The position numbers and the translations under genes were made by a program. A stretch of 64,000 bases of DNA, from positions 62,001-126,000 of the forward strand of contig JBHGNT010000060.1 in assembly GCA_043228905.1 (NCBI GenBank), in the 5' to 3' direction. Each line of letters begins with the position of its first letter. Position 1 is the stretch's first letter. Positions 41,771 to 56,000 of this stretch are shown piece after piece. The notes beneath the pieces are model-generated. The model did not search any database. It was not told the DNA's origin and was given only the letters and a program-made list of their open reading frames with translations. Origin of the DNA: Azolla caroliniana. Lineage: Eukaryota; Plantae; Polypodiophyta.

Positions 41771-44700
41771 TGTTCATACCAGGCTCGTGTGATATCGGAT
41801 TTTTGTGTTCAAACATGCGTATCGAAGCTAACAACGCTAGTTATGCTATAGAATTAAAAAATGAAGATTTTGAAACTCAGGTCGAGAGACATGAAGAAAT
41901 TAGCACATTTGAGGAGGGACTTGAGAAGAGCCCATGAGTCAATTAAAATGTTCATACCTGGCTCGTGTGATATCGGATTTTTGTGTTCAAACATGCGTAT
42001 CGAAGCTAAGAACGCTAGCTATGCTATAGAATTAAAAAATCCAGATTTTGAAACTCAGGTCGAGAGACATGAAGAAATTAGCACATTTGAGGAGGGACTT
42101 GAGAAGAGCCCATGAGTCAATTAAAATGTTCATACCTGGCTCGTGTGATATCGGATTTTTGTGTTCAAACATGCGTATCGAAGCTAACAACGCTAGCTAT
42201 GCTATAGAATAAAAAAATCAAGATTTTGAAACTCAGGTCGAGAGACATGAAGAAATTAGCAAATTAGAGGAGGGACTTGAAAAGAGGCCGTGAGTCAATT
42301 AAAGTGTTCATACCAGGCTCGTGTGATATCGGATTTTTGTGTTCAAACATGCGTATCGAAGCTAACAACGCTAGTTATGCTATAGAATTAAAAAATGAAG
42401 ATTTTGAAACTCAGGTCGAGAGACATGAAGAAATTAGCACATTTGAGGAGGGACTTGAGAAGAGCCCATGAGTCAATTAAAATGTTCATACCTGGCTCGT
42501 GTGATATCGGATTTTTGTGTTCAAACATGCGTATCGAAGCTAACAACGCTAGCTATGCTATAGAATAAAAAAATCAAGATTTTGAAACTCAGGTCGAGAG
42601 ACATGAAGAAATTAGCAAATTAGAGGAGGGACTTGAAAAGAGGCCGTGAGTCAATTAAAATGTTCATACCAGGCTCGTGTGATATCGGATTTTTGTGTTC
42701 AAACATGCGTATCGAAGCTACCAACGCTAGTTATGCTATAGAATTAAAAAATGAAGATTTTGAAACTCAGGTCGAGAGACATGAAGAAATTAGCAGATTT
42801 GAGGAGGGACTTGAGAAGAGCCCATGAGTCAATTAAAATATTCATACCTGGCTCGTGTGATATCGGATTTTTGTGTTCAAACATGCGTATCGAAGCTAAG
42901 AACGCTAGCTATGCTATAGAATTAAAAAATCCAGATTTTGAAACTCAGGTCGAGAGACATGAAGAAATTAGCACATTTGAGGAGGGACTTGAGAAGAGCC
43001 CGTGAGTCAATTAAAATGTTCATACCTGGCTCGTGTGATATCGGATTTTTGTGTTCAAACATGCGTATCGAAGCTAACAACGCTAGCTATGCTATAGAAT
43101 AAAAAAATCAAGATTTTGAAACTCAGGTCGAGAGACATGAAGAAATTAGCAAATTAGAGGAGGGACTTGAAAAGAGGCCGTGAGTCAATTAAAATGTTCA
43201 TACCAGGCTCGTGTGATATCGGATTTTTGTGTTCAAACATGCGTATCGAAGCTACCAACGCTAGTTATGCTATAGAATTAAAAAATGAAGATTTTGAAAC
43301 TCAGGTCGAGAGACATGAAGAAATTAGCAGATTTGAGGAGGGACTTGAGAAGAGCCCATGAGTCAATTAAAATATTCATACCTGGCTCGTGTCATATCGG
43401 ATTTTTGTGTTCAAACATTCGTATCGAATCTAAGAACGCTAGCTATGCTATAGAATTAAAAAATCCAGATTTTGAAACTTAGGTCGAGAGACATGAAGAA
43501 ATTAGCACATTTGAGGAGGGACTTGAGAAGAGCCCATGAGTCAATTAAAATGTTCATACCTGGCTCGTGTGATATCGGATTTTTGTGTTCAAACATGCGT
43601 ATCGAAGCTAACAACGCTAGCTATGCTATAGAATAAAAAAATCAAGATTTTGAAACTCAGGTCGAGAGACATAAAGAAATTAGCACATTTGAGGAGGTAG
43701 TGGAGAACAGCCCGTTAGGAAATAAAAATGTTCATACCTGGCTCGTGTGATATCGGATTTTTGTGTTCAAACATTCGTATAGAATCTAAGAACGCTAGCT
43801 ATGCTATAGAATTAAAAAATCCAGATTTTGAAACTCAGGTCGAGAGACATGAAGAAATTAGCACATTTGAGGAGGGACTTGAGAAGAGCCCATGAGTCAA
43901 TTAAAATGTTCATACCTGGCTCGTGTGATATCGGATTTTTGTGTTCAAACATGCGTATCGAAGCTAACAACGCTAGCTATGCTATAGAATAAAAAAATCA
44001 AGATTTTGAAACTCAGGTCGAGAGACATGAAGAAATTAGCAAATTAGAGGAGGGACTTGAAAAGAGGCCGTGAGTCAATTAAAGTGTTCATACCAGGCTC
44101 GTGTGATATCGGATTTTTGTGTTCAAACATGCGTATCGAAGCTAACAACGCTAGTTATGCTATAGAATTAAAAAATGAAGATTTTGAAACTCAGGTCGAG
44201 AGACATGAAGAAATTAGCACATTTGAGGAGGGACTTGAGAAGAGCCCATGAGTCAATTAAAATGTTCATACCTGGCTCGTGTGATATCGGATTTTTGTGT
44301 TCAAACATGCGTATCGAAGCTAAGAACGCTAGCTATGCTATAGAATTAAAAAATCCAGATTTTGAAACTCAGGTCGAGAGACATGAAGAAATTAGCACAT
44401 TTGAGGAGGGACTTGAGAAGAGCCCGTGAGTCAATTAAAATGTTCATACCTGGCTCGTGTGATATCGGATTTTTGTGTTCAAACATGCGTATCGAAGCTA
44501 ACAACGCTAGCTATGCTATAGAATAAAAAAATCAAGATTTTGAAACTCAGGTCGAGAGACATGAAGAAATTAGCAAATTAGAGGAGGGACTTGAAAAGAG
44601 GCCGTGAGTCAATTAAAATGTTCATACCAGGCTCGTGTGATATCGGATTTTTGTGTTCAAACATGCGTATCGAAGCTACCAACGCTAGTTATGCTATAGA

Positions 44701-47700
44701 ATTAAAAAATGAAGATTTTGAAACTCAGGTCGAGAGACATGAAGAAATTAGCAGATTTGAGGAGGGACTTGAGAAGAGCCCATGAGTCAATTAAAATATT
44801 CATACCTGGCTCGTGTCATATCGGATTTTTGTGTTCAAACATTCGTATCGAATCTAAGAACGCTAGCTATGCTATAGAATTAAAAAATCCAGATTTTGAA
44901 ACTTAGGTCGAGAGACATGAAGAAATTAGCACATTTGAGGAGGGACTTGAGAAGAGCCCATGAGTCAATTAAAAAGTTCATACCTGGCTCGTGTGATATC
45001 GGATTTTTGTGTTCAAACATGCGTATCGAAGCTAACAACGCTAGCTATGCTATAGAATAAAAAAATCAAGATTTTGAAACTCAGGTCGAGAGACATAAAG
45101 AAATTAGCACATTTGAGGAGGTAGTGGAGAACAGCCCGTTAGGAAATAAAAAAGTTCATACCTGGCTCGTGTGATATCGGATTTTTGTGTTCAAACATGC
45201 GTATCGAAGCTAACAACGCTAGCTATGCTATAGAATAAAAAAATCAAGATTTTGAAACTCAGGTCGAGAGACATAAAGAAATTAGCACATTTGAGGAGGT
45301 AGTGGAGAACAGCCCGTTAGGAAATAAAAAAGTTCATACCTGGCTCGTGTGATATCGGATTTTTGTGTTCAAACATGCGTATCGAAGCTAACAACGCTAG
45401 CTATGCTATAGAATAAAAAAATCCAGATTTTGAAACTCAGGTCGAGAGACATGAAGAAATTAGCAAATTAGAGGAGGGACTTGAAAAGAGGCCGTGAGTC
45501 AATTAAAATGTTCATACCAGGCTCGTGTGATATCGGATTTTTGTGTTCAAACATGCGTATCGAAGCTACCAACGCTAGTTATGCTATAGAATTAAAAAAT
45601 CAAGATTTTGAAACTCAGGTCGAGAGACATGAAGAAATTAGCAGATTTGAGGAGGGACTTGAGAAGAGCCCATGAGTCAATTAAAATATTCATACCTAGC
45701 TCGTGTCATATCGGATTTTTGTGTTCAAACATTCGTATCGAATCTAAGAACGCTAGCTATGCTATAGAATTAAAAAATCCAGATTTTGAAACTCAGGTCG
45801 AGAGACATGAAGAAATTAGCACATTTGAGGAGGGACTTGAGAAGAGCCCATGAGTCAATTAAAATGTTCATACCTGGCTCGTGTGATATCGGATTTTTGT
45901 GTTCAAACATGCGTATCGAAGCTAACAACGCTAGCTATGCTATAGAATAAAAAAATCAAGATTTTGAAACTCAGGTCGAGAGACATGAAGAAATTAGCAA
46001 ATTAGAGGAGGGACTTGAAAAGAGGCCGTGAGTCAATTAAAGTGTTCATACCAGGCTCGTGTGATATCGGATTTTTGTGTTCAAACATGCGTATCGAAGC
46101 TAACAACGCTAGCTATGCTATAGAATAAAAAAATCAAGATTTTGAAACTCAGGTCGAGAGACATGAAGAAATTAGCAAATTAGAGGAGGGACTTGAAAAG
46201 AGGCCGTGAGTCAATTAAAATGTTCATACCAGGCTCGTGTGATATCGGATTTTTGTGTTCAAACATGCGTATCGAAGCTAACAACGCTAGTTATGCTATA
46301 GAATTAAAAAATGAAGATTTTGAAACTCAGGTCGAGAGACATGAAGAAATTAGCACATTTGAGGAGGGACTTGAGAAGAGCCCATGAGTCAATTAAAATG
46401 TTCATACCTGGCTCGTGTGATATCGGATTTTTGTGTTCAAACATGCGTATCGAAGCTAAGAACGCTAGCTATGCTATAGAATTAAAAAATCCAGATTTTG
46501 AAACTCAGGTCGAGAGACATGAAGAAATTAGCACATTTGAGGAGGGACTTGAGAAGAGCCCATGAGTCAATTAAAATGTTCATACCTGGCTCGTGTGATA
46601 TCGGATTTTTGTGTTCAAACATGCGTATCGAAGCTAACAACGCTAGCTATGCTATAGAATAAAAAAATCAAGATTTTGAAACTCAGGTCAAGAGACATGA
46701 AGAAATTAGCAACTTAGAGGAGGGACTTGAAAAGAGGCCGTGAGTCAATTAAAGTGTTCATACCAGGCTCGTGTGATATCGGATTTTTGTGTTCAAACAT
46801 GCGTATCGAAGCTAACAACGCTAGTTATGCTATAGAATTAAAAAATGAAGATTTTGAAACTCAGGTCGAGAGACATGAAGAAATTAGCACATTTGAGGAG
46901 GGACTTGAGAAGAGCCCATGAGTCAATTAAAATGTTCATACCTGGCTCGTGTGATATCGGATTTTTGTGTTCAAACATGCGTATCGAAGCTAAGAACGCT
47001 AGCTATGCTATAGAATTAAAAAATCCAGATTTTGAAACTCAGGTCGAGAGACATGAAGAAATTAGCACATTTGAGGAGGGACTTGAGAAGAGCCCATGAG
47101 TCAATTAAAATGTTCATACCTGGCTCGTGTGATATCGGATTTTTGTGTTCAAACATGCGTATCGAAGCTAACAACGCTAGCTATGCTATAGAATAAAAAA
47201 ATCAAGATTTTGAAACTCAGGTCGAGAGACATGAAGAAATTAGCAAATTAGAGGAGGGACTTGAAAAGAGGCCGTGAGTCAATTAAAATGTTCATACCAG
47301 GCTCGTGTGATATCGGATTTTTGTGTTCAAACATGCGTATCGAAGCTACCAACGCTAGTTATGCTATAGAATTAAAAAATGAAGATTTTGAAACTCAGGT
47401 CGAGAGACATGAAGAAATTAGCAGATTTGAGGAGGGACTTGAGAAGAGCCCATGAGTCAATTAAAATATTCATACCTGGCTCGTGTCATATCGGATTTTT
47501 GTGTTCAAACATTCGTATCGAATCTAAGAACGCTAGCTATGCTATAGAATTAAAAAATCCAGATTTTGAAACTTAGGTCGAGAGACATGAAGAAATTAGC
47601 ACATTTGAGGAGGGACTTGAGAAGAGCCCATGAGTCAATTAAAATGTTCATACCTGGCTCGTGTGATATCGGATTTTTGTGTTCAAACATGCGTATCGAA

Positions 47701-48899
47701 GCTAACAACGCTAGCTATGCTATAGAATAAAAAAATCAAGATTTTGAAACTCAGGTCGAGAGACATAAAGAAATTAGCACATTTGAGGAGGTAGTGGAGA
47801 ACAGCCCGTTAGGAAATAAAAAAGTTCATACCTGGCTCGTGTGATATCGGATTTTTGTGTTCAAACATGCGTATCGAAGCTAACAACGCTAGCTATGCTA
47901 TAGAATAAAAAAATCAAGATTTTGAAACTCAGGTCGAGAGACATGAAGAAATTAGCAAATTAGAGGAGGGACTTGAAAAGAGGCCGTGAGTCAATTAAAA
48001 TGTTCATACCAGGCTCGTGTGATATCGGATTTTTGTGTTCAAACATGCGTATCGAAGCTACCAACGCTAGTTATGCTATAGAATTAAAAAATGAAGATTT
48101 TGAAACTCAGGTCGAGAGACATGAAGAAATTAGCAGATTTGAGGAGGGACTTGAGAAGAGCCCATGAGTCAATTAAAATATTCATACCTAGCTCGTGTCA
48201 TATCGGATTTTTGTGTTCAAACATTCGTATCGAATCTAAGAACGCTAGCTATGCTATAGAATTAAAAAATCCAGATTTTGAAACTTAGGTCGAGAGACAT
48301 GAAGAAATTAGCACATTTGAGGAGGGACTTGAGAAGAGCCCATGAGTCAATTAAAATGTTCATACCTGGCTCGTGTGATATCGGATTTTTGTGTTCAAAC
48401 ATGCGTATCGAAGCTAACAACGCTAGCTATGCTATAGAATAAAAAAATCAAGATTTTGAAACTCAGGTCGAGAGACATAAAGAAATTAGCACATTTGAGG
48501 AGGTAGTGGAGAACAGCCCGTTAGGAAATAAAAAAGTTCATACCTGGCTCGTGTGATATCGGATTTTTGTGTTCAAACATTCGTATAGAATCTAAGAACG
48601 CTAGCTATGCTATAGAATTAAAAAATCCAGATTTTGAAACTCAGGTCGAGAGACATGAAGAAATTAGCACATTTGAGGAGGGACTTAAGAAGAGCCCATG
48701 AGTCAATTAAAATGTTCATACCTGGCTCGTGTGATATCGGATTTTTGTGTTCAAACATGCGTATCGAAGCTAACAACGCTAGCTAGGCTATAGAAAAAAA
48801 AAATCAAGATTTTGAAACTCAGGTCGAGAGACATGAAGAAATTAGCAAATTAGAGGAGGGACTTGAAAAGAGGCCGTGAGTCAATTAAAGTGTTCATAC

Positions 48900-51800
48900 C
48901 AGGCTCGTGTGATATCGGATTTTTGTGTTCAAACATGCGTATCGAAGCTAACAACGCTAGTTATGCTATAGAATTAAAAAATGAAGATTTTGAAACTCAG
49001 GTCGAGAGACATGAAGAAGTTAGCAAATTAGAGGAGGGACTTGAAAAGAGGCCGTGAGTCAATTAAAATGTTCATACCAGGCTCGTGTGATATCGGATTT
49101 TTGTGTTCAAACATGCGTATCGAAGCTAACAACGCTAGTTATGCTATAGAATTAAAAAATGAAGATTTTGAAACTCAGGTCGAGAGACATGAAGAAATTA
49201 GCACATTTGAGGAGGTAGTGGAGAACAGCCCGTGAGTCAATTAAAATGTTCATACCTGGCTCGTGTGATATCGGATTTTTGTGTTCAAACATGCGTATCG
49301 AAGCTAACAACGCTAGCTATGCTATAGAATAAAAAAATCAAGATTTTGAAACTCAGGTCGAGAGACATGAAGAAATTAGCAAATTAGAGGAGGGACTTGA
49401 AAAGAGGCCGTGAGTCAATTAAAATGTTCATACCAGGCTCGTGTGATATCGGATTTTTGTGTTCAAACATGCGTATCGAAGCTACCAACGCTAGTTATGC
49501 TATAGAATTAAAAAATGAAGATTTTGAAACTCAGGTCGAGAGACATGAAGAAATTAGCAGATTTGAGGAGGGACTTGAGAAGAGCCCATGAGTCAATTAA
49601 AATATTCATACCTGGCTCGTGTCATATCGGATTTTTGTGTTCAAACATTCGTATCGAATCTAAGAACGCTAGCTATGCTATAGAATTAAAAAATCCAGAT
49701 TTTGAAACTCAGGTCGAGAGACATGAAGAAATTAGCACATTTGAGGAGGGACTTGAGAAGAGCCCATGAGTCAATTAAAATGTTCATACCTGGCTCGTGT
49801 GATATCGGATTTTTGTGTTCAAACATGCGTATCGAAGCTAACAACGCTAGCTATGCTATAGAATAAAAAAATCAAGATTTTGAAACTCAGGTCGAGAGAC
49901 ATAAAGAAATTAGCACATTTGAGGAGGTAGTGGAGAACAGCCCGTTAGGAAATAAAAAAGTTCATACCTGGCTCGTGTGATATCGGATTTTTGTGTTCAA
50001 ACATGCGTATCGAAGCTAACAACGCTAGTTATGCTATAGAATTAAAAAATGAAGATTTTGAAACTCAGGTCGAGAGACATGAAGAAATTAGCACATTTGA
50101 GGAGGGACTTGAGAAGAGCCCATGAGTCAATTAAAATGTTCATACCTGGCTCGTGTGATATCGGATTTTTGTGTTCAAACATGCGTATCGAAGCTAAGAA
50201 CGCTAGCTATGCTATAGAATTAAAAAATCCAGATTTTGAAACTCAGGTCGAGAGACATGAAGAAATTAGCACATTTGAGGAGGGACTTGAGAAGAGCCCA
50301 TGAGTCAATTAAAATGTTCATACCTGGCTCGTGTGATATCGGATTTTTGTGTTCAAACATGCGTATCGAAGCTAACAACGCTAGCTATGCTATAGAATAA
50401 AAAAATCAAGATTTTGAAACTCAGGTCGAGAGACATGAAGAAATTAGCAAATTAGAGGAGGGACTTGAAAAGAGGCCGTGAGTCAATTAAAGTGTTCATA
50501 CCAGGCTCGTGTGATATCGGATTTTTGTGTTCAAACATGCGTATCGAAGCTAACAACGCTAGTTATGCTATAGAATTAAAAAATGAAGATTTTGAAACTC
50601 AGGTCGAGAGACATGAAGAAATTAGCACATTTGAGGAGGGACTTGAGAAGAGCCCATGAGTCAATTAAAATGTTCATACCTGGCTCGTGTGATATCGGAT
50701 TTTTGTGTTCAAACATGCGTATCGAAGCTAAGAACGCTAGCTATGCTATAGAATAAAAAAATCAAGATTTTGAAACTCAGGTCGAGAGACATAAAGAAAT
50801 TAGCACATTTGAGGAGGTAGTGGAGAACAGCCCGTTAGGAAATAAAAAAGTTCATACCTGGCTCGTGTGATATCGGATTTTTGTGTTCAAACATTCGTAT
50901 AGAATCTAAGAACGCTAGCTATGCTATAGAATTAAAAAATCCAGATTTTGAAACTCAGGTCGAGAGACATGAAGAAATTAGCACATTTGAGGAGGGACTT
51001 GAGAAGAGCCCATGAGTCAATTAAAATGTTCATACCTGGCTCGTGTGATATCGGATTTTTGTGTTCAAACATGCGTATCGAAGCTAACAACGCTAGCTAT
51101 GCTATAGAATAAAAAAATCAAGATTTTGAAACTCAGGTCGAGAGACATGAAGAAATTAGCAAATTAGAGGAGGGACTTGAAAAGAGGCCGTGAGTCAATT
51201 AAAATGTTCATACCAGGCTCGTGTGATATCGGATTTTTGTGTTCAAACATGCGTATCGAAGCTAACAACGCTAGTTATGCTATAGAATTAAAAAATGAAG
51301 ATTTTGAAACTCAGGTCGAGAGACATGAAGAAGTTAGCAAATTAGAGGAGGGACTTGAAAAGAGGCCGTGAGTCAATTAAAATGTTCATACCAGGCTCGT
51401 GTGATATCGGATTTTTGTGTTCAAACATGCGTATCGAAGCTAACAACGCTAGTTATGCTATAGAATTAAAAAATGAAGATTTTGAAACTCAGGTCGAGAG
51501 ACATGAAGAAATTAGCACATTTGAGGAGGTAGTGGAGAACAGCCCGTGAGTCAATTAAAATGTTCATACCTGGCTCGTGTGATATCGGATTTTTGTGTTC
51601 AAACATGCGTATCGAAGCTAACAACGCTAGCTATGCTATAGAATAAAAAAATCAAGATTTTGAAACTCAGGTCGAGAGACATGAAGAAATTAGCAAATTA
51701 GAGGAGGGACTTGAAAAGAGGCCGTGAGTCAATTAAAATGTTCATACCAGGCTCGTGTGATATCGGATTTTTGTGTTCAAACATGCGTATCGAAGCTACC

Positions 51801-53060
51801 AACGCTAGTTATGCTATAGAATTAAAAAATGAAGATTTTGAAACTCAGGTCGAGAGACATGAAGAAATTAGCAGATTTGAGGAGGGACTTGAGAAGAGCC
51901 CATGAGTCAATTAAAATATTCATACCTGGCTCGTGTCATATCGGATTTTTGTGTTCAAACATTCGTATCGAATCTAAGAACGCTAGCTATGCTATAGAAT
52001 TAAAAAATCCAGATTTTGAAACTCAGGTCGAGAGACATGAAGAAATTAGCACATTTGAGGAGGGACTTGAGAAGAGCCCATGAGTCAATTAAAATGTTCA
52101 TACCTGGCTCGTGTGATATCGGATTTTTGTGTTCAAACATGCGTATCGAAGCTAACAACGCTAGCTATGCTATAGAATAAAAAAATCAAGATTTTGAAAC
52201 TCAGGTCGAGAGACATAAAGAAATTAGCACATTTGAGGAGGTAGTGGAGAACAGCCCGTTAGGAAATAAAAAAGTTCATACCTGGCTCGTGTGATATCGG
52301 ATTTTTGTGTTCAAACATGCGTATCGAAGCTAACAACGCTAGTTATGCTATAGAATTAAAAAATGAAGATTTTGAAACTCAGGTCGAGAGACATGAAGAA
52401 ATTAGCACATTTGAGGAGGGACTTGAGAAGAGCCCATGAGTCAATTAAAATGTTCATACCTGGCTCGTGTGATATCGGATTTTTGTGTTCAAACATGCGT
52501 ATCGAAGCTAAGAACGCTAGCTATGCTATAGAATTAAAAAATCCAGATTTTGAAACTCAGGTCGAGAGACATGAAGAAATTAGCACATTTGAGGAGGGAC
52601 TTGAGAAGAGCCCATGAGTCAATTAAAATGTTCATACCTGGCTCGTGTGATATCGGATTTTTGTGTTCAAACATGCGTATCGAAGCTAACAACGCTAGCT
52701 ATGCTATAGAATAAAAAAATCAAGATTTTGAAACTCAGGTCGAGAGACATGAAGAAATTAGCAAATTAGAGGAGGGACTTGAAAAGAGGCCGTGAGTCAA
52801 TTAAAGTGTTCATACCAGGCTCGTGTGATATCGGATTTTTGTGTTCAAACATGCGTATCGAAGCTAACAACGCTAGTTATGCTATAGAATTAAAAAATGA
52901 AGATTTTGAAACTCAGGTCGAGAGACATGAAGAAATTAGCACATTTGAGGAGGGACTTGAGAAGAGCCCATGAGTCAATTAAAATGTTCATACCTGGCTC
53001 GTGTGATATCGGATTTTTGTGTTCAAACATGCGTATCGAAGCTAAGAACGCTAGCTATGC
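48900..53060 (+). repeat. 13-monomer (2314-bp) tandem higher-order duplication, approximate ends
   Basis: Variant gaaGttagc at 49019 and 51333; ORFs 49041/51355, 49397/51711, 50465/52779. Confidence 0.8.
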
Positions 53061-56000
53061 TATAGAATTAAAAAATCCAGATTTTGAAACTCAGGTCGAG
53101 AGACATGAAGAAATTAGCACATTTGAGGAGGGACTTGAGAAGAGCCCATGAGTCAATTAAAATGTTCATACCTGGCTCGTGTGATATCGGATTTTTGTGT
53201 TCAAACATGCGTATCGAAGCTAACAACGCTAGCTATGCTATAGAATAAAAAAATCAAGATTTTGAAACTCAGGTCGAGAGACATGAAGAAATTAGCAAAT
53301 TAGAGGAGGGACTTGAAAAGAGGCCGTGAGTCAATTAAAATGTTCATACCAGGCTCGTGTGATATCGGATTTTTGTGTTCAAACATGCGTATCGAAGCTA
53401 ACAACGCTAGTTATGCTATAGAATTAAAAAATGAAGATTTTGAAACTCAGGTCGAGAGACATGAAGAAATTAGCACATTTGAGGAGGGACTTGAGAAGAG
53501 CCCATGAGTCAATTAAAATGTTCATACCTGGCTCGTGTGATATCGGATTTTTGTGTTCAAACATGCGTATCGAAGCTAACAACGCTAGCTATGCTATAGA
53601 ATAAAAAAATCAAGATTTTGAAACTCAGGTCGAGAGACATGAAGAAATTAGCACATTTGAGGAGGGACTTGAGAAGAGCCCATGAGTCAATTAAAATGTT
53701 CATACCTGGCTCGTGTGATATCGGATTTTTGTGTTCAAACATGCGTATCGAAGCTAACAACGCTAGCTATGCTATAGAATAAAAAAATCAAGATTTTGAA
53801 ACTCAGGTCGAGAGACATGAAGAAATTAGCAAATTAGAGGAGGGACTTGAAAAGAGGCCGTGAGTCAATTAAAGTGTTCATACCAGGCTCGTGTGATATC
53901 GGATTTTTGTGTTCAAACATGCGTATCGAAGCTAACAACGCTAGTTATGCTATAGAATTAAAAAATGAAGATTTTGAAACTCAGGTCGAGAGACATGAAG
54001 AAATTAGCACATTTGAGGAGGGACTTGAGAAGAGCCCATGAGTCAATTAAAATGTTCATACCTGGCTCGTGTGATATCGGATTTTTGTGTTCAAACATGC
54101 GTATCGAAGCTAAGAACGCTAGCTATGCTATAGAATTAAAAAATCCAGATTTTGAAACTCAGGTCGAGAGACATGAAGAAATTAGCACATTTGAGGAGGG
54201 ACTTGAGAAGAGCCCATGAGTCAATTAAAATGTTCATACCTGGCTCGTGTGATATCGGATTTTTGTGTTCAAACATGCGTATCGAAGCTAACAACGCTAG
54301 CTATGCTATAGAATAAAAAAATCAAGATTTTGAAACTCAGGTCGAGAGACATGAAGAAATTAGCAAATTAGAGGAGGGACTTGAAAAGAGGCCGTGAGTC
54401 AATTAAAATGTTCATACCTGGCTCGTGTGATATCGGATTTTTGTGTTCAAACATGCGTATCGAAGCTACCAACGCTAGTTATGCTATAGAATTAAAAAAT
54501 GAAGATTTTGAAACTCAGGTCGAGAGACATGAAGAAATTAGCAGATTTGAGGAGGGACTTGAGAAGAGCCCATGAGTCAATTAAAATATTCATACCTGGC
54601 TCGTGTCATATCGGATTTTTGTGTTCAAACATTCGTATCGAATCTAAGAACGCTAGCTATGCTATAGAATTAAAAAATCCAGATTTTGAAACTTAGGTCG
54701 AGAGACATGAAGAAATTAGCACATTTGAGGAGGGACTTGAGAAGAGCCCATGAGTCAATTAAAATGTTCATACCTGGCTCGTGTGATATCGGATTTTTGT
54801 GTTCAAACATGCGTATCGAAGCTAACAACGCTAGCTATGCTATAGAATAAAAAAATCAAGATTTTGAAACTCAGGTCGAGAGACATAAAGAAATTAGCAC
54901 ATTTGAGGAGGTAGTGGAGAACAGCCCGTTAGGAAATAAAAAAGTTCATACCTGGCTCGTGTGATATCGGATTTTTGTGTTCAAACATTCGTATAGAATC
55001 TAAGAACGCTAGCTATGCTATAGAATTAAAAAATCCAGATTTTGAAACTCAGGTCGAGAGACATGAAGAAATTAGCAAATTAGAGGAGGGACTTGAAAAG
55101 AGGCCGTGAGTCAATTAAAATGTTCATACCAGGCTCGTGTGATATCGGATTTTTGTGTTCAAACATGCGTATCGAAGCTAAGAACCCTAGCTATGCTATA
55201 GAATAAAAAAATCAAGATTTTGAAACTCAGGTCGAGAGACATAAAGAAATTAGCACATTTGAGGAGGTAGCGGAGAACAGCCCGTTAGGAAATAAAAAAG
55301 TTCATACCTGGCTCGTGTGATATCGGATTTTTGTGTTCAAACATGCGTATCGAATCTAAGAACGCTAGCTATGCTATAGAATTAAAAAATGAAGATTTTG
55401 AAACTCATGTCGAGAGACATGAAGAAATTAGCACATTTGAGGAGGTAGTGGAGAACAGCCCGTTAGGAAATAAAAATGTTCATACCTGGCTCGTGTGATA
55501 TCGGATTTTTGTGTTCAAACATGCGTATCGAAGCTAAGAACGCTAGCTATGCTATAGAATTAAAAAATCCAGATTTTGAAACTCAGGTCGAGAGACATGA
55601 AGAAATTAGCACATTTGAGGAGGGACTTGAGAAGAGCCCATGAGTCAATTAAAATGTTCATACCTGGCTCGTGTGATATCGGATTTTTGTGTTCAAACAT
55701 GCGTATCGAAGCTAACAACGCTAGCTATGCTATAGAATAAAAAAATCAAGATTTTGAAACTCAGGTCGAGAGACATGAAGAAATTAGCAAATTAGAGGAG
55801 GGACTTGAAAAGAGGCCGTGAGTCAATTAAAATGTTCATACCAGGCTCGTGTGATATCGGATTTTTGTGTTCAAACATGCGTATCGAAGCTACCAACGCT
55901 AGTTATGCTATAGAATTAAAAAATGAAGATTTTGAAACTCAGGTCGAGAGACATGAAGAAATTAGCAGATTTGAGGAGGGACTTGAGAAGAGCCCATGAG